From: Marsupella aquatica
Lineage: Eukaryota; Plantae; Marchantiophyta
Length of the DNA: 64,000 nt
Assembly: GCA_973895155.1 (NCBI GenBank)
Contig: OZ316894.1
Coordinates: forward strand, 18,700,805-18,764,804
Direction: 5' to 3'
Program-made: the position numbers and the translations under genes
Part shown: positions 40,601-53,439 of the stretch, in pieces
How the letters are laid out: every line of letters starts with the position of its first letter
Position numbering within the stretch: position 1 is the first letter of the stretch
Notes under the pieces: generated by a model
Told to the model about the DNA's origin: nothing
Databases searched by the model: none
The model's input: the letters and a program-made list of their open reading frames with translations, nothing else

Positions 40601-42316
40601 ACGCCAAGATGAACTAGATGGAGTCTGTCATCATTGCAGAGCTCGACAAGGAGCTACGAGCAACTCGGGAGGAGAGGGCTACCTTGAAGAAAGAATTGGA
40701 GGAAGCCCACAGGGAATTGGAGGAAGCCAAAAACGAGCTGGAGGAGGCACGCAAGGACCTAGATGAGACGCAGGAGGAGTTGGAGGAAATCACGAGGAAG
40801 ATGGAGAACCTACAGCGGCGGGCCGACAACCAAACAGAGCGGCTGAAGAAACAAGCCGCAGTATTTAAGTGCTTGTCTTCATCAGGCCCAACTCCAATTG
40901 GGGCAACCAAGTTACCAGGAGTGGTACTGGCTGGAGAACAAGCCGCGCCACCTGCACCAGTGCCGGAAGAAAGTGGGAAGGGGAAGGGACCAGCTGCCGA
41001 ACCAGAAAAGAAGAAGCGAAAACCTTTAGGGTCAAGGAGTAATACGACTCCACAGGCCGTGGTGACCAAGGAGGTAGACCCAGCACCAACCTTCGGCATG
41101 AACACGGCAATAGATCCCGCTATCACCAAAGGTGGGGATGGTGCGGCCCAAGCCGAACTACTCAGTAATGAGACCGGTATCCCAGATCCGCCTCTTGAGC
41201 AGGCCGGGGAGACCGTAGCCGAGGCTGAGGTCGTAGCCGGGAATGATTCCCGAGCCGATGCCGATGGTGGACCCAGTCAGGCCGATGGAGAGTTGACTCA
41301 GTCAAGGGCAGGTAATCTGTCAGAGAATGAACCTACGGCAGTGGCTGAGGAGGAAGCGTTGGGGGCGTCCATTGAGGATCCACCACCGGTGTCGTGACGG
41401 TGCAAGGGCGCCGTTCCTTTTAGGAAAGGCGGACGTGGAGGTAGGAGACGTGAGTGGGCAGGGCGGGCGCTGATCTCCAAGTTTAGGATTAGGATCAGGA
41501 CCAGGAGCGGCCCTGACACTTAGCTTAGTGGGATTGCGGTTCCACTGGTAGGAGCAACACTTGTGCTCCTGCCTTGCTGTACATAGGTAGATCCGGGCAA
41601 GTAGATTACTGTTAGGTAGATTAGGCTTACGCTACAAAGAATTAGGCGGATCCACTACCAGGATAAGTACCTGGGCAGCGGGGAGCTCAGGGCCTCTTCT
41701 TTAGCAAGTTTTTAGTTTGCACCAGCCGGGCTGGGATCAAGTAGTAAGAGAAGCTCTCGGTTAGTCATACTGTGACCTTGTGTATATTCATGTTTCCTCA
41801 TGCCTAAGAGCTGAATAGAGTTGGCCTCACGGCTTAGTTCGCAGAGCTTGTGTATGAGATGAACTGTTTGTATGGCAAGTGCATGGTATGACTCAGTCAG
41901 AAGGAGTCATTTTGCTATTTGTGTGTCGCATTAACTTGTGTGAAGAGTGCCCACATCAACTAATAGAGGAAGGAAAGTAAGCAGGGGAGTGAGAGTTGGA
42001 TGTGTTGAGCTGAGAGAGGTCTTAGCGGCTTAACCAAGCCTATTGGGGATCATTCCGGCGGCGGAATCCAAACATACCTAACCAGAAGGAGAGGAAGACA
42101 AGGGAAGGCCTAGATTAGGCCGGCTACGTATCTCATGACCCGATGAAGGATCTGTCCAGTATATGTGTGTAAAGGGCTAATAGTAATAGTAGAAAGAAGT
42201 TAGCAGCGTCCCATGCCGCTAAGCCGCGGAAACGGCCTCGCCAGGTGCGAAACCTGCGGGAATCGGCTTGAACTGGGGGGGTTTCTTGGGTTTAGGGAGC
42301 CATGGGACGCACCACA
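37632..42316. mobile_element. Solo-LTR-like insertion 2 (4685 bp, TG...CA, 5-bp TSD) carrying a ~1200-codon ORF
   Basis: Begins TGTGATG and ends CACCACA. ATAGC is duplicated at 37627-37631 and 42317-42321. Removing it restores the Harbinger transposase frame. Confidence 0.9.
37747..41397 (+). pseudogene. Long ORF of insertion 2 (1217 codons with two in-frame TAGs): plant-transposon-protein-like domain, acidic linker, long coiled coil
   Basis: ORFs 37747-39789, 39838-40617 and 40618-41397 share one frame, separated by single TAG codons. Contains LEFVGSWEPETNCTRIYGKDFYLTPKVIAEVFGLPIG and ELEEA heptads. The frame may originally have run to ~41523. Confidence 0.8.
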
Positions 42317-42974
42317 ATAGCCAATCCTCAAGGGGCGAAGAGGAAATGGTATGCCAAGCGACAAGAGTCAGTGCGGAAAGATGTGGAGCGATGTTTTGGT
42401 GTGCTTCAAGCCCGGTTTGCAATGGTGAAGAACCCTGCACGATGGTGGAGCCGAGATCAGATGCAGTTGATATGGAAAGCAGCAGTGATTTTACACAACA
42501 TGATCATTGAGGACGAGGCAGACAAACTTGAGTTGACACAAGATTATTTGTTTAAGAGGAATGAGGCTCAGTGGCAGCACAGGCCACGACCTCCACTGAC
42601 ATTTGCAGGGCTGACACACAATGTGGAATTGCCAACGCTGAAAGAGCTCATCAACTGAAGGAGGATCTGGTAGAACATTTGTGGCAAATCAGAGGTGAGG
42701 AAGACGAGGAGTGATTTAGTGATCAGCAGTTGATATAGTTCAGCCTGGTACCGTTTTATTTTCACAAAAAGCTCTGTTTGAGCAATGTACCCTAAATTGT
42801 GGAACTCAATTCAAAGCCCCGGTTCGATCAATGCGTATGGAATTTGAGTTGGAGTCTTCCCCTTCTCCTTCCCTATCACATGTGGTGCCCATTGGACTCG
42901 CACAAGCGATGCTGAAAGGTAACCACACAATTAATTGCAATTCGTGTGTGTACAACGTCTAGTACCCACACAAT

Positions 42975-43071
42975 AACTCCACGGTACACAGCTTTGGTAT
43001 GCACGTCTTCACACAATCTCACACAGCCTCGCGAGGCAGACGTGCATACCAAAGCTGTGTACCGTGGAGTT
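42975..43071. repeat. Perfect 34-bp inverted repeat with a 29-nt loop
   Basis: AACTCCACGGTACACAGCTTTGGTATGCACGTCT (42975-43008) and its exact reverse complement (43038-43071). Confidence 0.95.
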
Positions 43072-43295
43072 TCAGCATCGCTAAAACTTTTCAGCATCGC
43101 CTGAACATGCCTCTGTATTCCTGAACATGCCTCTGTATTCCTGAATCCCAATTATGTGGGTTCCCATCTCCCTAAGGGTCCACCCACAACGCCGTCCATC
43201 ACCATCGGGATCACCATCTCCTTTGATTCTTTGAGTTCAGCATCTCCATTTACTTTAGGCAAGTTGTTTGGCGTATATCCTTGATTTTCTGCACT

Positions 43296-43834
43296 ATGGC
43301 GAGGCCAAAGGTTGTCGTTAAAAGACATGGCAAGAATGTCGTTGTCTTGAGTGGTGCAGACGTGATTATGTTGTCAAGCAATTCCGAAGACGTTGCTCTT
43401 GCTACCACACCATCTTCACAGCATGTGGGGGAGGGCAGCTCATCCCAGGCTCGGTCCAGCCCCCCCGTAGTGGCACCCGTTGTTGACGAGGGCAGCGCTG
43501 TGCAAGCAAGACCTGTGACTCCGGCCCCGGTAGTGGCACCGCATGCAGGTACTAGAAAATGTAGCCCCACCATTTCAAGAGGAGTACTACATTCCAATTG
43601 TCCCAAGACCGAAGTTCAAGGCTTGAAGGAAGGCACGAGCTATTGTTCGATTTGAGGTCGAGAAAGAGGAGAGAGAGAAGGAATGGAGGGACAATCCTTC
43701 CAACTTGTCTTCTGACTCGGAGGATGGCCAACTTGATTCCAATGGCTATAGATGGGAGTGGCCATCTCCCTGAGGATTCATACTCTGCAGATGATGTGCG
43801 AAAAGGAGTTGGCCATGTTTTTTTGGATCGATAG
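43296..43834 (+). pseudogene. Putative third Harbinger ORF, unknown function, frameshifted
   Basis: MARPKVVVKRHGKNVVVLSGADVIMLSSNSEDV.. followed by a Pro/Ala-rich repeat (GTAGTGGCACC twice), then an acidic tail in shifted frames ending ..RKGVGHVFLDR*. Confidence 0.45.
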
Positions 43835-44110
43835 AGCTCAGCACTGTTAGGCAGATAAGCTCCATTGGACACCGGGTTGCACACAACATTATGATTACAC
43901 AATCATGGCTGCAAACACTTAGCAATTTGTAGACACAATGTGGTTCTTCAACAGAGGAAATGTGGATACATTTGCCATGCAATATAAAAATGGCAGTCTG
44001 TATTCCTGAATTCAATCATGTACATTGTCCCAGGCATGATTACTTTATTCAATGAGTCTGACCTCTATTCAATGCCCTCACATTGCTTGCTATTTGATTG
44101 TCTGGTAGAA

Positions 44111-45321
44111 CTACATGAAGCTATATAAATTGGTAAAGTCTTGGTACTGGATGGAGGTCTGCGGATAGGCCTCCATCCATGGCTGACTTTCATTGTGCAT
44201 CGGCGTTTCGCTTTCGCCCCGAACCAAATTGTGGGCGTCCTCTCCAACCGGAGGCGAGTCTTCCAGGTCATCAACATCTTCACCATCGTCTTCCCCGTCC
44301 TCCCCTTCATCGCCATGGAATTGATTGGTACTGCCCTCTCTATGTGTGAGATTTGGTGGCACATTCTCTTGGTCTTGCATTGTCCTGGTGAGGGACATAG
44401 ATTCCTTCCTCAAGGGTTCCACTGATTTGAGTTGCTTCATGAGCTGCACTCTGCCACCTCCCTCTTCTTTCTCAAAAAATTTTGTGCCTGCTCATCGAGG
44501 TTTCCCATGTTCAGGGAAAACAATTGGATTTCATACACATCCTCCATGGCTCGAGCTCTCCGATTTAACGCAGCTGCAATTGCAGACGTCGATTCTGCCA
44601 ATGAGCTCTTGTTCTTCAACGCCTTTCTCTCCAATGCAGCCAACTCTTTAGCTTTTTTGTTACCAATCGGGCGATCGGTAACCATCTCAGGTGTAGCACT
44701 CTCTTTTGTGGGGCTATCATCATCGGCCAAATCGATTGCTTCACTTTCTCCATCTCGGGAATTTCTGGCCTTCTTCCGCTTGGAGGCTCGCTCGAGATGC
44801 TTGTCGTTCAATTGTGCTGCAACCTGCCACTTTGGAGAATCCTTGAGGATTTTCCAGGCGCCATCCATAGTAAACTGCAAACCCTTCTTGTGAGTTTGCT
44901 GGTAAAGTGCCTTCGCCTTCTCCATTTGCTCCTCTTCGTTTGTGCCAGACTCATTCAGCTCAATGATAGTTGACATGGCTCCAGTAAACTTTGCACAATC
45001 ATGGTTGATCTCGCTCCATTTTGATCCCAATGAGCGAATCGACCTTGGGACGTTCTTGACGACACCTGGGAACTTCCTCCTGAATTCAGACATGGCCTTC
45101 GTGAAATGAGCCTCAATCTTGGTCCAGTACACATCAGACTTTTGTTGGGCTCCCACAGCTGAGCAATTGCTGCATGCAAGCCACGATCGCGCAATCTGCT
45201 CAATCTCAATGTTTGAGAAATTGGCTTGTTTCTTGCCCTTGCCCTTGGCAGACACATCCACTGGAGCCATGTTGGGAGAGGCCTGCAAATTTGCCACAGG
45301 GAGCACAGGAAACCTACCCAA
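44111..45321 (-). pseudogene. Harbinger Myb/SANT-like DNA-binding protein (NAM-associated type), frameshift near 44450
   Basis: NFSNIEIEQIARSWLACS..VGAQQKSDVYWTKI..RSIRSLGSKWSEINHDCAKF..FTMDGAWKILKDSPKW..RPIGNKKAK. The C-terminal part continues in ORF 44111-44449. Confidence 0.88.
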
Positions 45322-46056
45322 TCAACACTTCAAGTTTCAGAACGCACGCTTGGAAAACGTGTATTTGCCATCCCCAATTCCAATGTTGTAGAGTGGAATC
45401 TCGAGTTGAAGCGGGAAACGCTTCAGTTTGCATTTGGGAAATTCGCGCGGATGACCTCCTTCCCGCATGGAGCACAACCGCTCCACGACCGTCAGATCAT
45501 GATCTGGAGAAACCCCGTTGAGGGCCAAATTATACAGTCAATGCGCTATGCGAGGCACACTTTAGCGTTCGCGTAAGCTGAAACCCCGTATGCGGGATGT
45601 GCTATAGCGTTAGCGGCATCCCATTGGGCTTGGTTTTTTCCCTCTGTCTTACGGGGTTTGGTTAAGATAGCGTTAGCGTAATGGACCCAGCAACGGTTGG
45701 AGATGCTCTAAGTCCCACATATAGGTCTATCCTATTTATGACATAAACATTGCGGCAAAAATTGGGTGATCCTCTAGGTGGACTAAGAGTCAACTCACAT
45801 GTTAAAGTCCTTAACATTACAACCCTCAATATTGGCAAAACATTAGAGAAAAAGTATATCTTGTCCGACAACAATATCTGCTGCATTGTGCAGAGCAACT
45901 CTTGCAATGACAGAACCTCACAATCTGTGTCCCGTTCGAGGTTTTTTTTTGCTGGAGTTTGGGACCTCAAGGACCAGAAACTCTCTGGGCCGTGTCCTTG
46001 TCACTCCTAATTTCTGCCATTAGACGTGGCAGGGGAGGAGGTCAAGGCATTTGTCC

Positions 46057-47380
46057 TCTCGCCACTTATATTTGTTGAGTCAATATTGGGGTAGGAAAAT
46101 GTAGGGCTAGTCACAGCCGAGTTGAATCTAATCACAAAATCTTCTAACTCTAGGCTGACAAGGGCTAATTGCTCTATAATCATAATCATCAATACAGAAA
46201 AAAGTACACATGGGGGAGTACGTTGATTTTGAAGAGAGGAGAGGGGCTGTTCTCTCGCCACTTATATTTGTCAATTTTTGAGTCAATTTTGAGTCAATTT
46301 TGGGGTAGGAAAATGTAGGGCTAGTCACAGCCGAGTTGGATCTAATCAAAAAATCTTCTAACCCTAGGCTGACAAGGGCTAATTGTCTATAATCATCCAT
46401 ACACAAAAAAGTACACATGGGGGATTACGTTGATTTAAAGAGAGGAGAGGGGCTGCTGTCTCGCCACTTACATTTATCATTTGTGAGTAAATTTTGGGGT
46501 AAGAAAATGTAGGGCTAGTCACAGCCGTGTTGGATCTAATCAAAAAATCTTCTAACCCTAGGCTGACAAGGGCTGATTGCTCATAATTATCCATAAAAGA
46601 AAAAGTACACATGGGGCATGATGTTGATTTGACGAGAGGAGACTCGGAGAGTGGCTCTTCTCTCGCCACTTATATTTGTGAGTCAATATTGGGGTAAGAA
46701 AATAAAATGTAGGGCAACTGTAGTCACAGCCAAGTTGGATCTAATCAAAAAATCTTCTAACCCTAGGCTGACAAGGGCTAATTGCTCATAATCATCCATA
46801 AAGGAAAAAGTACACATGCAGTTGCTTTGACGAGAGGAGACTCGGAGAGGGGCTCTTCTCTCGCCACTTATATTTGTGAGTCCAATATTGGGGTAAGAAA
46901 ATAAAATGTAGGGCAACTGTAGTCACAGCCGAGTTGGATCTAATCAAAAAATCTTCTAACCCTAGGCTGACAAGGGCTAATTGCTCATAATCATCCATAA
47001 AGGAAAAAGTACACATGGGGTTGATTTGACGAGAGGAGACTCGGAGAGGGGCTCTTCTCTCGCCACTTATATTTGTGAGTCCAATATTGGGGTAAGAAAA
47101 TAAAATGTAGGGCAACTGTAGTCACAGCCGAGTTGGATCTAATCAAAAAATCTTCTAACCCTAGGCTGACAAGGGCTAATTGCTCATAATCATCCATAAA
47201 GGAAAAAGTACACATGGGGTTGATTTGACGAGAGGAGACTCGGAGAGGGGCTCTTCTCTCGCCACTTATATTTGTGAGTCCAATATTGGGGTAAGAAAAT
47301 AAAATGTAGGGCAACTGTAGTCACAGCCGAGTTGGATCTAATCAAAAAAATCTTCTAACCCTAGGCTGACAAAGGGCTAA
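46057..47380. repeat. 199-bp tandem array (~7 units; the last three near-identical)
   Basis: Identical translated ORFs are offset by 199 bp (46792-47115 and 46991-47314). Recurring block GTCACAGCCGAGTTGGATCTAATCAAAAAATCTTCTAACCCTAGGCTGACAAGGGCTAA. Confidence 0.95.
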
Positions 47381-50300
47381 AGTACACGCGGGGGATTCCG
47401 TTGATTTGAAGAGAGGAGAGGGGCCACTGTACAGAAAAGGCAGTAAAAAGCGGAAAAGAAGCGCCCTCGGACCACAGAATGGGCAAACCGTCCGTCGGCG
47501 CCGGGCACGGAAGATATCTCGAGCAAGGCGGCCAATGGGAGGGCAGGAAAGGATCGGGTGACAGATCCGGGAGGAGATTTCTATCCGATCACCCATTGGC
47601 GCAGAGCGGAAGATGCTGTCGCTTTTCCAGAGGCGACTTCACGGCCCATAATTTCGCTCCTTCTCTGACAGCGCCTGCCCGTCGGCCAGCTCATCATACG
47701 TCGTACGTCGTCACAAAGTGTACCGAAATGTACGTACTAGATGAGAGATCGGAGGGTTTCGTATAAAGCCATAAAGGTCCCATTTCGTGACGTCGTGCCC
47801 TTTCGTGGACGCGAGCAGATCTTGGTCTGGTGTACAATTGGTTGGTTTATGTGGATTTTAATGGGCGAATCAATAATGGTGAATGTGAAGCACGAATGGG
47901 CGGGCGCCAGCGAGAGTAATATTGAAGGGTTTTCCTTTTTCAGGAGTGTGTGGCTAATGTCATCTGAAAGGGAGAAGATGCTAGGAATGGAGGAAAAAAA
48001 TCAGGGATTTTAACGGGTGAATCAATAATGGTGAATGTGAAGCACGATGGGCGGGCGCCAGCGAGAGTAAAGTCACTTGACAGGAGAAGATGCTAGGAAA
48101 AGAAATTTTTAAGGTCTTTCTTTTTCATTAGTGTGTGGCTAATGTCATTAAAGCTAATGTCAGCTGGAAGGAGGAGATAGAGGAAAATGACTTTCTCTAT
48201 TGTGACTTTATATCTACTACTTATGACTCAGATTCCCTCCCTAGATTTGAGGATGGACCTTACATTTTGGCTTAAGGGGGTCTCTAACTAGGTGGATAAT
48301 TGGGTAGTGGAAGACACAAACCTAGCCAACATTGGTCAAGATTTTCCAGAGAGGTGGAGTCTAGTGAATTTTGGCCACCAAAGATTATTCACTAGCATGT
48401 TTTCTGTAGGCCTGGATGGACTCACAAAGCTCACCAATATCTCAGAATGATGAATTCAACTCTGTCAGATAGCATCATTAATTTCCGTTCTTGACGCAAA
48501 GGTGTTCTGTAAATGGTCTCCTGACCATGTTTAGCCAATTTCAGTTACTTTACCCGGCAGTCAAATGTTTCTCCTTGGTGGTTTGACCACTTGAGGGCTT
48601 GAACCTGAGAGTCGTCAAGATGACATGTCATTACTCAAGACCACTGGTGGTTTTTGTTGACCCACATGAATTTTTCAAGTGTTTATTGAAGTCTTGATTT
48701 ACAATATTTGGATCTGATCATCTATATGGAGGAAATGATCTCAAAAAAATCTCAAATTTGCCGGTAATGAATAGATTGGAGATAAGATTCAAACAGAGAT
48801 TTAAATTTCTCCAAATTTGCCATGTCTACCAAATTCAAAGTAAAATGTTAACTGTGAAATGGTTGACAACTTGACTCCTGATATGTGTCACGTGCGTGTC
48901 TGGGTTTGTAACTCACTCTTTGCTTTGGGTACCCTCTCTTTAGGAGTATTTTGAAGGGGCTTTTCTGTTGTGTTCCTTATGCAAAGGTTTGCCGCCTTTG
49001 CCGTTGGGTTTCCCCAAAAGATGATGCAAGGTCTGCCTGATGAGGGGGCTAGCTTAGGGGTCAAAGCCTAAGTGAATAATATGATGACAAGTTTTAGTTT
49101 GAGGGCCACATTGTGAAGGGGCCTCTCACATGCAAGTTGGGTCCTACCCTCAATAGGCCTTAAGTGGATAATTTTCAAAGACATGTAGCACTGGTTACAG
49201 GTAGCTTTAGGCCAACATCTGGGAATAGAAAGTTGTCTAGAAACACTGCCTACAGTAATTGTTATGGACCCCCATCATGGGAAGCGCCTTTCAAAATCCC
49301 TTAAAGCATGTGCAGTCACATCAGCACTATTGCTCACAAACAAGAATGCAAGAAGAACCAAACATGACTATTTGTGTTTGAGGCAAGGCAAGGCAAGAAA
49401 AACAATTTAACCCCATAAGTGTAAAAAACAATGAAAAACTGAAATATATCACTTCAAATAAACAAAGAAATGGGTAGACAGAAATAAAAGAAAACAACCT
49501 TTGGATGGGTTGTCATTGATGTACATCAATTTTTTGTTGGTAATTTTTTGGAATTTTTCTATTTGTTGGCAAACATTCGAAATAACCATGAAAGAATGAA
49601 ACTCTTCAGCTTCTATGACAATGTAAGAAACTTTTCACGTACTATGGATAGAGGATTAAGGAGTGAATGAAGAAACCTTTTGATTACCATACTATAAATA
49701 CCAAGGGAACACAAGAAACCATTTGGCTTCTTTAACATTTTGCATAGACTGTGTGGAATGTCAAGTAACGGTTGTATAAACTTTATAGTAATACCAAGGG
49801 TACGTTGGGACTAAGACCTTGAATAGTCTACTATTTTTGTCCTGACTCTCATCTTAGTCCTCAAATATATTCCAATATGAAACTCTTCATCACTCCAACT
49901 TGTTGATTAGTATGAAAATTAGTTAACCAAGGGGTACTTGAACTAATTCATGAATGGCTGTTTTGCAGGGACTAGCCCGATTTGAGCCTAGATACTGTAG
50001 GTGACTGGGTAGTATTTAGAACTAGTTGTCTAAACAACAATCCAAAATCACTTGGGGCCTTGTGACCAGCGCACACCCCTCACAACTAGTAGTGTTAGCA
50101 TCTATTAGTTAGTGTGAGTGGGAAATTAGTGTCATTCGGGAGAGGACTGGGGCTTTTCTACACTAAGTCAAAACAGCTACAGTAGTGCCAAAGATTTTAG
50201 ATCGAAACCTGTGGCATCCATAGGGACAAAAAACAATAGTTGAAAATGTGTGAATTTTGTTTTTATTTACGTAGCATTAATTCATGAATGTAGCCAACAA

Positions 50301-51312
50301 TTTGCTTCACCCGAACTAGGACCAGTAACACTAATTGTGGTGAACGGTATCAGGTGGGGGATTGGGTGTGACCAGCAGATCTAAAGAGCATTCCCTGCCA
50401 TACAGTTCTGCTCCAGATTTTGCTTTGTGCATGTAAATGGATTATGTGCCAAACCACTTTGGGTGGGGCCAATGTGTGGGGTTCATGCCAAACGCTTTGG
50501 GTGGGTCAAATGCCCTAAATGCGATAGACATTATGAGAGTAAGTTTTAAGAGAATTGACATACACAGAAGTTAATCTGGTCACGTGAAGCTCTAGTGGAG
50601 CATCAACGTTGAAACTTACTCAGTTCCTAGGGCCACGCTGCTATTCAGAGATTGTTTTTGGCATGTCCTGATGCTAGAGACTACCGTAGCACCATTTGCT
50701 GGACACAAGTGAGGTCATCTGGTGACGTGAAGGGTCTAATGGAGCATCAGGTTTCATACTTTCACCCCAGGAACTCATGGCAATATATAAATACATTTAT
50801 TTGTTGCTTAGTAGAGCTTTAGAGCTTTTTGGTAGGAACTCATGGCATTCGTATCAGTACAGTTATTTGACGTGGGGTTTTAGGTATTTGGCAGTCTTAT
50901 TAGGGCTTTAGGTTTTTTTTGGGAGGAACTCATGGCATAATTATCAATAGGGTTATTTGATGCTTAGTAGGGTTTTACTTATCTTGCCGTTGTTGGGACT
51001 AGTGATTTCTGGCTCTTTGTTCTTGGTGGGGTATTGCCTGGGTTTGTCCCTTTTGTTGGGTCCACTACCTTTGGGTTCCTCTTTTCATTCATTGTCGGTA
51101 CACTTAATCAATACATTTATATTGCGGCTACCTTTGTTGGGTCTGGATCCTCTTTTTGTTCATTCTCAATACATATAATCAATATATTGATATGGTTTAC
51201 CTTTGTTGGTTCTCCTGCCCCTGAACCCTGTCTACTGGTTATTAGTTTTTTGTCCATAGTCAAAATATGTAATCAATACATTGATATTAACCTAATGTAC
51301 ATTGTGAGATGG

Positions 51313-51497
51313 AAGGACGTGTTTTATGTGCACTCACATGTTTGGTCGGACTCACCATCCTACTAGTAAATTAAAATGGAAAATTACTTCTAAGACGTAT
51401 CTTCAAGGACGTGTTTTATGTGCACTCACATGTTTGGTCGGACTCACCATCCTACTTGTAATTTAAAATGGAAAATTACTTCTAAGACCTATCTTCT
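51313..51497. repeat. ~92-bp tandem duplication
   Basis: AAGGACGTGTTTTATGTGCACTCACATG...CTTCTAAGAC occurs twice. Confidence 0.85.
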
Positions 51498-52179
51498 AGA
51501 ATGAAACCTCTAGACCCTAGACCCTGACTCTAACTCAGGCATAACTGAAAGCGAGCAACAAAAATCAGAAAAGTGGAGAGATGAAGGGGAAGCGACAAAA
51601 AACAGAAAAGTGGAGAGATGAAGGGGAAACATCCTCTGTAACTAAGGCACTTCAACTTCTAAAATAGTAGATGTTAGTTATTTTGAAGTCTTAGTTGGGC
51701 TTTAGCCCTTTGGGTAAGAAGTCATGAAATTTGTATCAATACAGTTATTTGATGCTTAGTAGGGTCTTATTGTACTTAACTTGCCGTTGTTGGGCAGTTT
51801 TTTTTCTTTGGCAGTATATATATATTGTGCCATCACCTCTATTTGGGTTCAAGGAACGGGTAATATATATATTGTGCCATCACCTCTATTTACCTTCAAG
51901 GAATGGGTGGAATGGGTAATGAGGCTAGTCCACTCACTCCTGAACGCAAAATCAAATAAATCCCGAAACGAGTTGTTTCTAATCACTCACTCAGGAGTCG
52001 GCACCGTCGCACAGTACTGTGTAGAGTAAAGCTAGAGTGTGATGGCAGAGAACCAAAAACAAAGCAAGTGCGTGGCGTTATCTTGAGCATCTCAAGTCCT
52101 ACCACGAAAAGTCGGCACCGAAGAACAGTACAGCTCGAAGGAGCAAGCCTGATGCACAGAACTCCAATAATGGCAGTGC

Positions 52180-52372
52180 GTGGCGTTCCCCTGAGCATCA
52201 GTTCTACCCACAGGAGTTTGCATGTAGATCAACGACAAATTGGTGTGGCGTTCCCCTGAGCATCAGTTCTACCACAGGAGTTTGCATGTAGATCAACGAC
52301 AAATTGGTGTGGCGTTCCCCTGAGCAACAGTTCTACCACAGGAGTTTGCATGTAGATCAACGACGAATTGGT
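52180..52372. repeat. 64-bp tandem repeat, 3 copies
   Basis: GTGGCGTTCCCCTGAGCATCAGTTCTACCACAGGAGTTTGCATGTAGATCAACGACAAATTGGT repeated three times. Confidence 0.9.
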
Positions 52373-53439
52373 CAATTCGATCTCATGCGCACAGCATCAA
52401 ACTGAGGCCCTGACACTCTAAATTGATCGATGTCGATAGTATCTGAAGCACTGCGCGAAATCGAGCCTCTGCACTCTGCAGTCTCCAGACGTTGATGTCA
52501 CCCAACCGCAGCTCCACACTGTGCCTCTGACCCGCTACACAGCCATAGATCGTGATGCCGACCATAGCATTAATACGTGAAACTACAATAAGGAAAAGCG
52601 GCTTCGAATGCTATCCAACCTACCAACCAACCCATCAAACCCATCCCACCAACCGACCAACAAACCAGCAACCACGAGCAATCACGAGCAATCTCAATAT
52701 CTCATGATCGTCAGTTGCCTTAAACACGAGCCAAACCTCCTGCCAACACGTGCTTTAAAATGTAGGGTCAGCAAAGCACAATGCAATTTAACGAGGCCGT
52801 TCAGCCAGAAAGAGCAATCTCAACTAGAAACGATTTCGAAAGTGGGCGACATTTGAGCAAGCCTAAGCGACAGAAAGCGACAGAGTTTCAGACTTGACTT
52901 CGGGATGTTTGTGACTAGAACAGAATCAACCCTCCACACACTTGAAGCCCAAGCGAGCGAAAGGGACAGAGTTTCCGACTGACTTCGGAATTATTGTGAC
53001 TAGGAAAGAATCAACCCGACATACTGTTGCGAACCGACGAGCTGAAGCCACAGATTCGCGTGATAACGAGTTGGAATTTCCAAGATCCAGCTGAGACGTC
53101 CGTCGAATTATGCAATGGTTAAAACTCATGCCTCAACTTTGTGATAACGTTAGGGAGGATAGAGGTCAGACTTTAGGGGCAAAAATTCCTGCACACAGAT
53201 CTGCGGAAAGGAACGAACCTGCCAACGAGTGGATGCGAATGGGCATTCGTGACGTTCGATTGTTTATTACAGTGTATACCGAATATGAAGGCAATGTCGT
53301 GACCACCTCTACAACAAGCTCAAATCAGCTGGCCATTGGTATCTAAAATAACCTGCGGCCATTGTGGAGAAACGTATGATGCAATAGCCGTATGGGTGTC
53401 ATGACCAATGAATGGAATTCTCACTTTATCCCGCAAAAG

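Larger units (their letters stand above)
36725..42720 (+). pseudogene. Harbinger DDE transposase, split by the nested insertion at 37632-42316
   Basis: FRRRFRMRRQLF, GFPRMFGSLDCTHWTWKNCP, LEAIATSDLWIWHAF, YLLGDGIYP, then MKTIA|NPQGAKRKWYAKRQESVRKDVERCFGVLQARF..ILHNMIIEDE rejoining exactly across the insertion. Frameshift ~37155, TGA 37375-37377, frameshift ~42635. Confidence 0.93.
36086..45708. mobile_element. PIF/Harbinger DNA transposon, autonomous-type but inactivated
   Basis: TIRs GAGCATCTCCAAC (36086) and GTTGGAGATGCTC (45696-45708). TAA TSD at 36083-36085 and 45709-45711. Convergent transposase and Myb/SANT-like genes. Confidence 0.95.

Noticed and set aside
38115-41519. Many antisense or alternate-frame ORFs over the long ORF of insertion 2 (likewise over 21000-23000 and 44100-45500)
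   Set aside because: Shadow ORFs of GC-rich coding sequence.
46057-47380. Regular repeats resembling a CRISPR array, and repeated 107-aa ORFs
   Set aside because: Whole 199-bp units repeat with no unique spacers, the context is eukaryotic with no cas genes, and the ORFs are by-products of the repeat.
52180-52372. 64-bp period repeat, close to CRISPR repeat-plus-spacer length
   Set aside because: All three units are near-identical along their full length, so this is a simple minisatellite.
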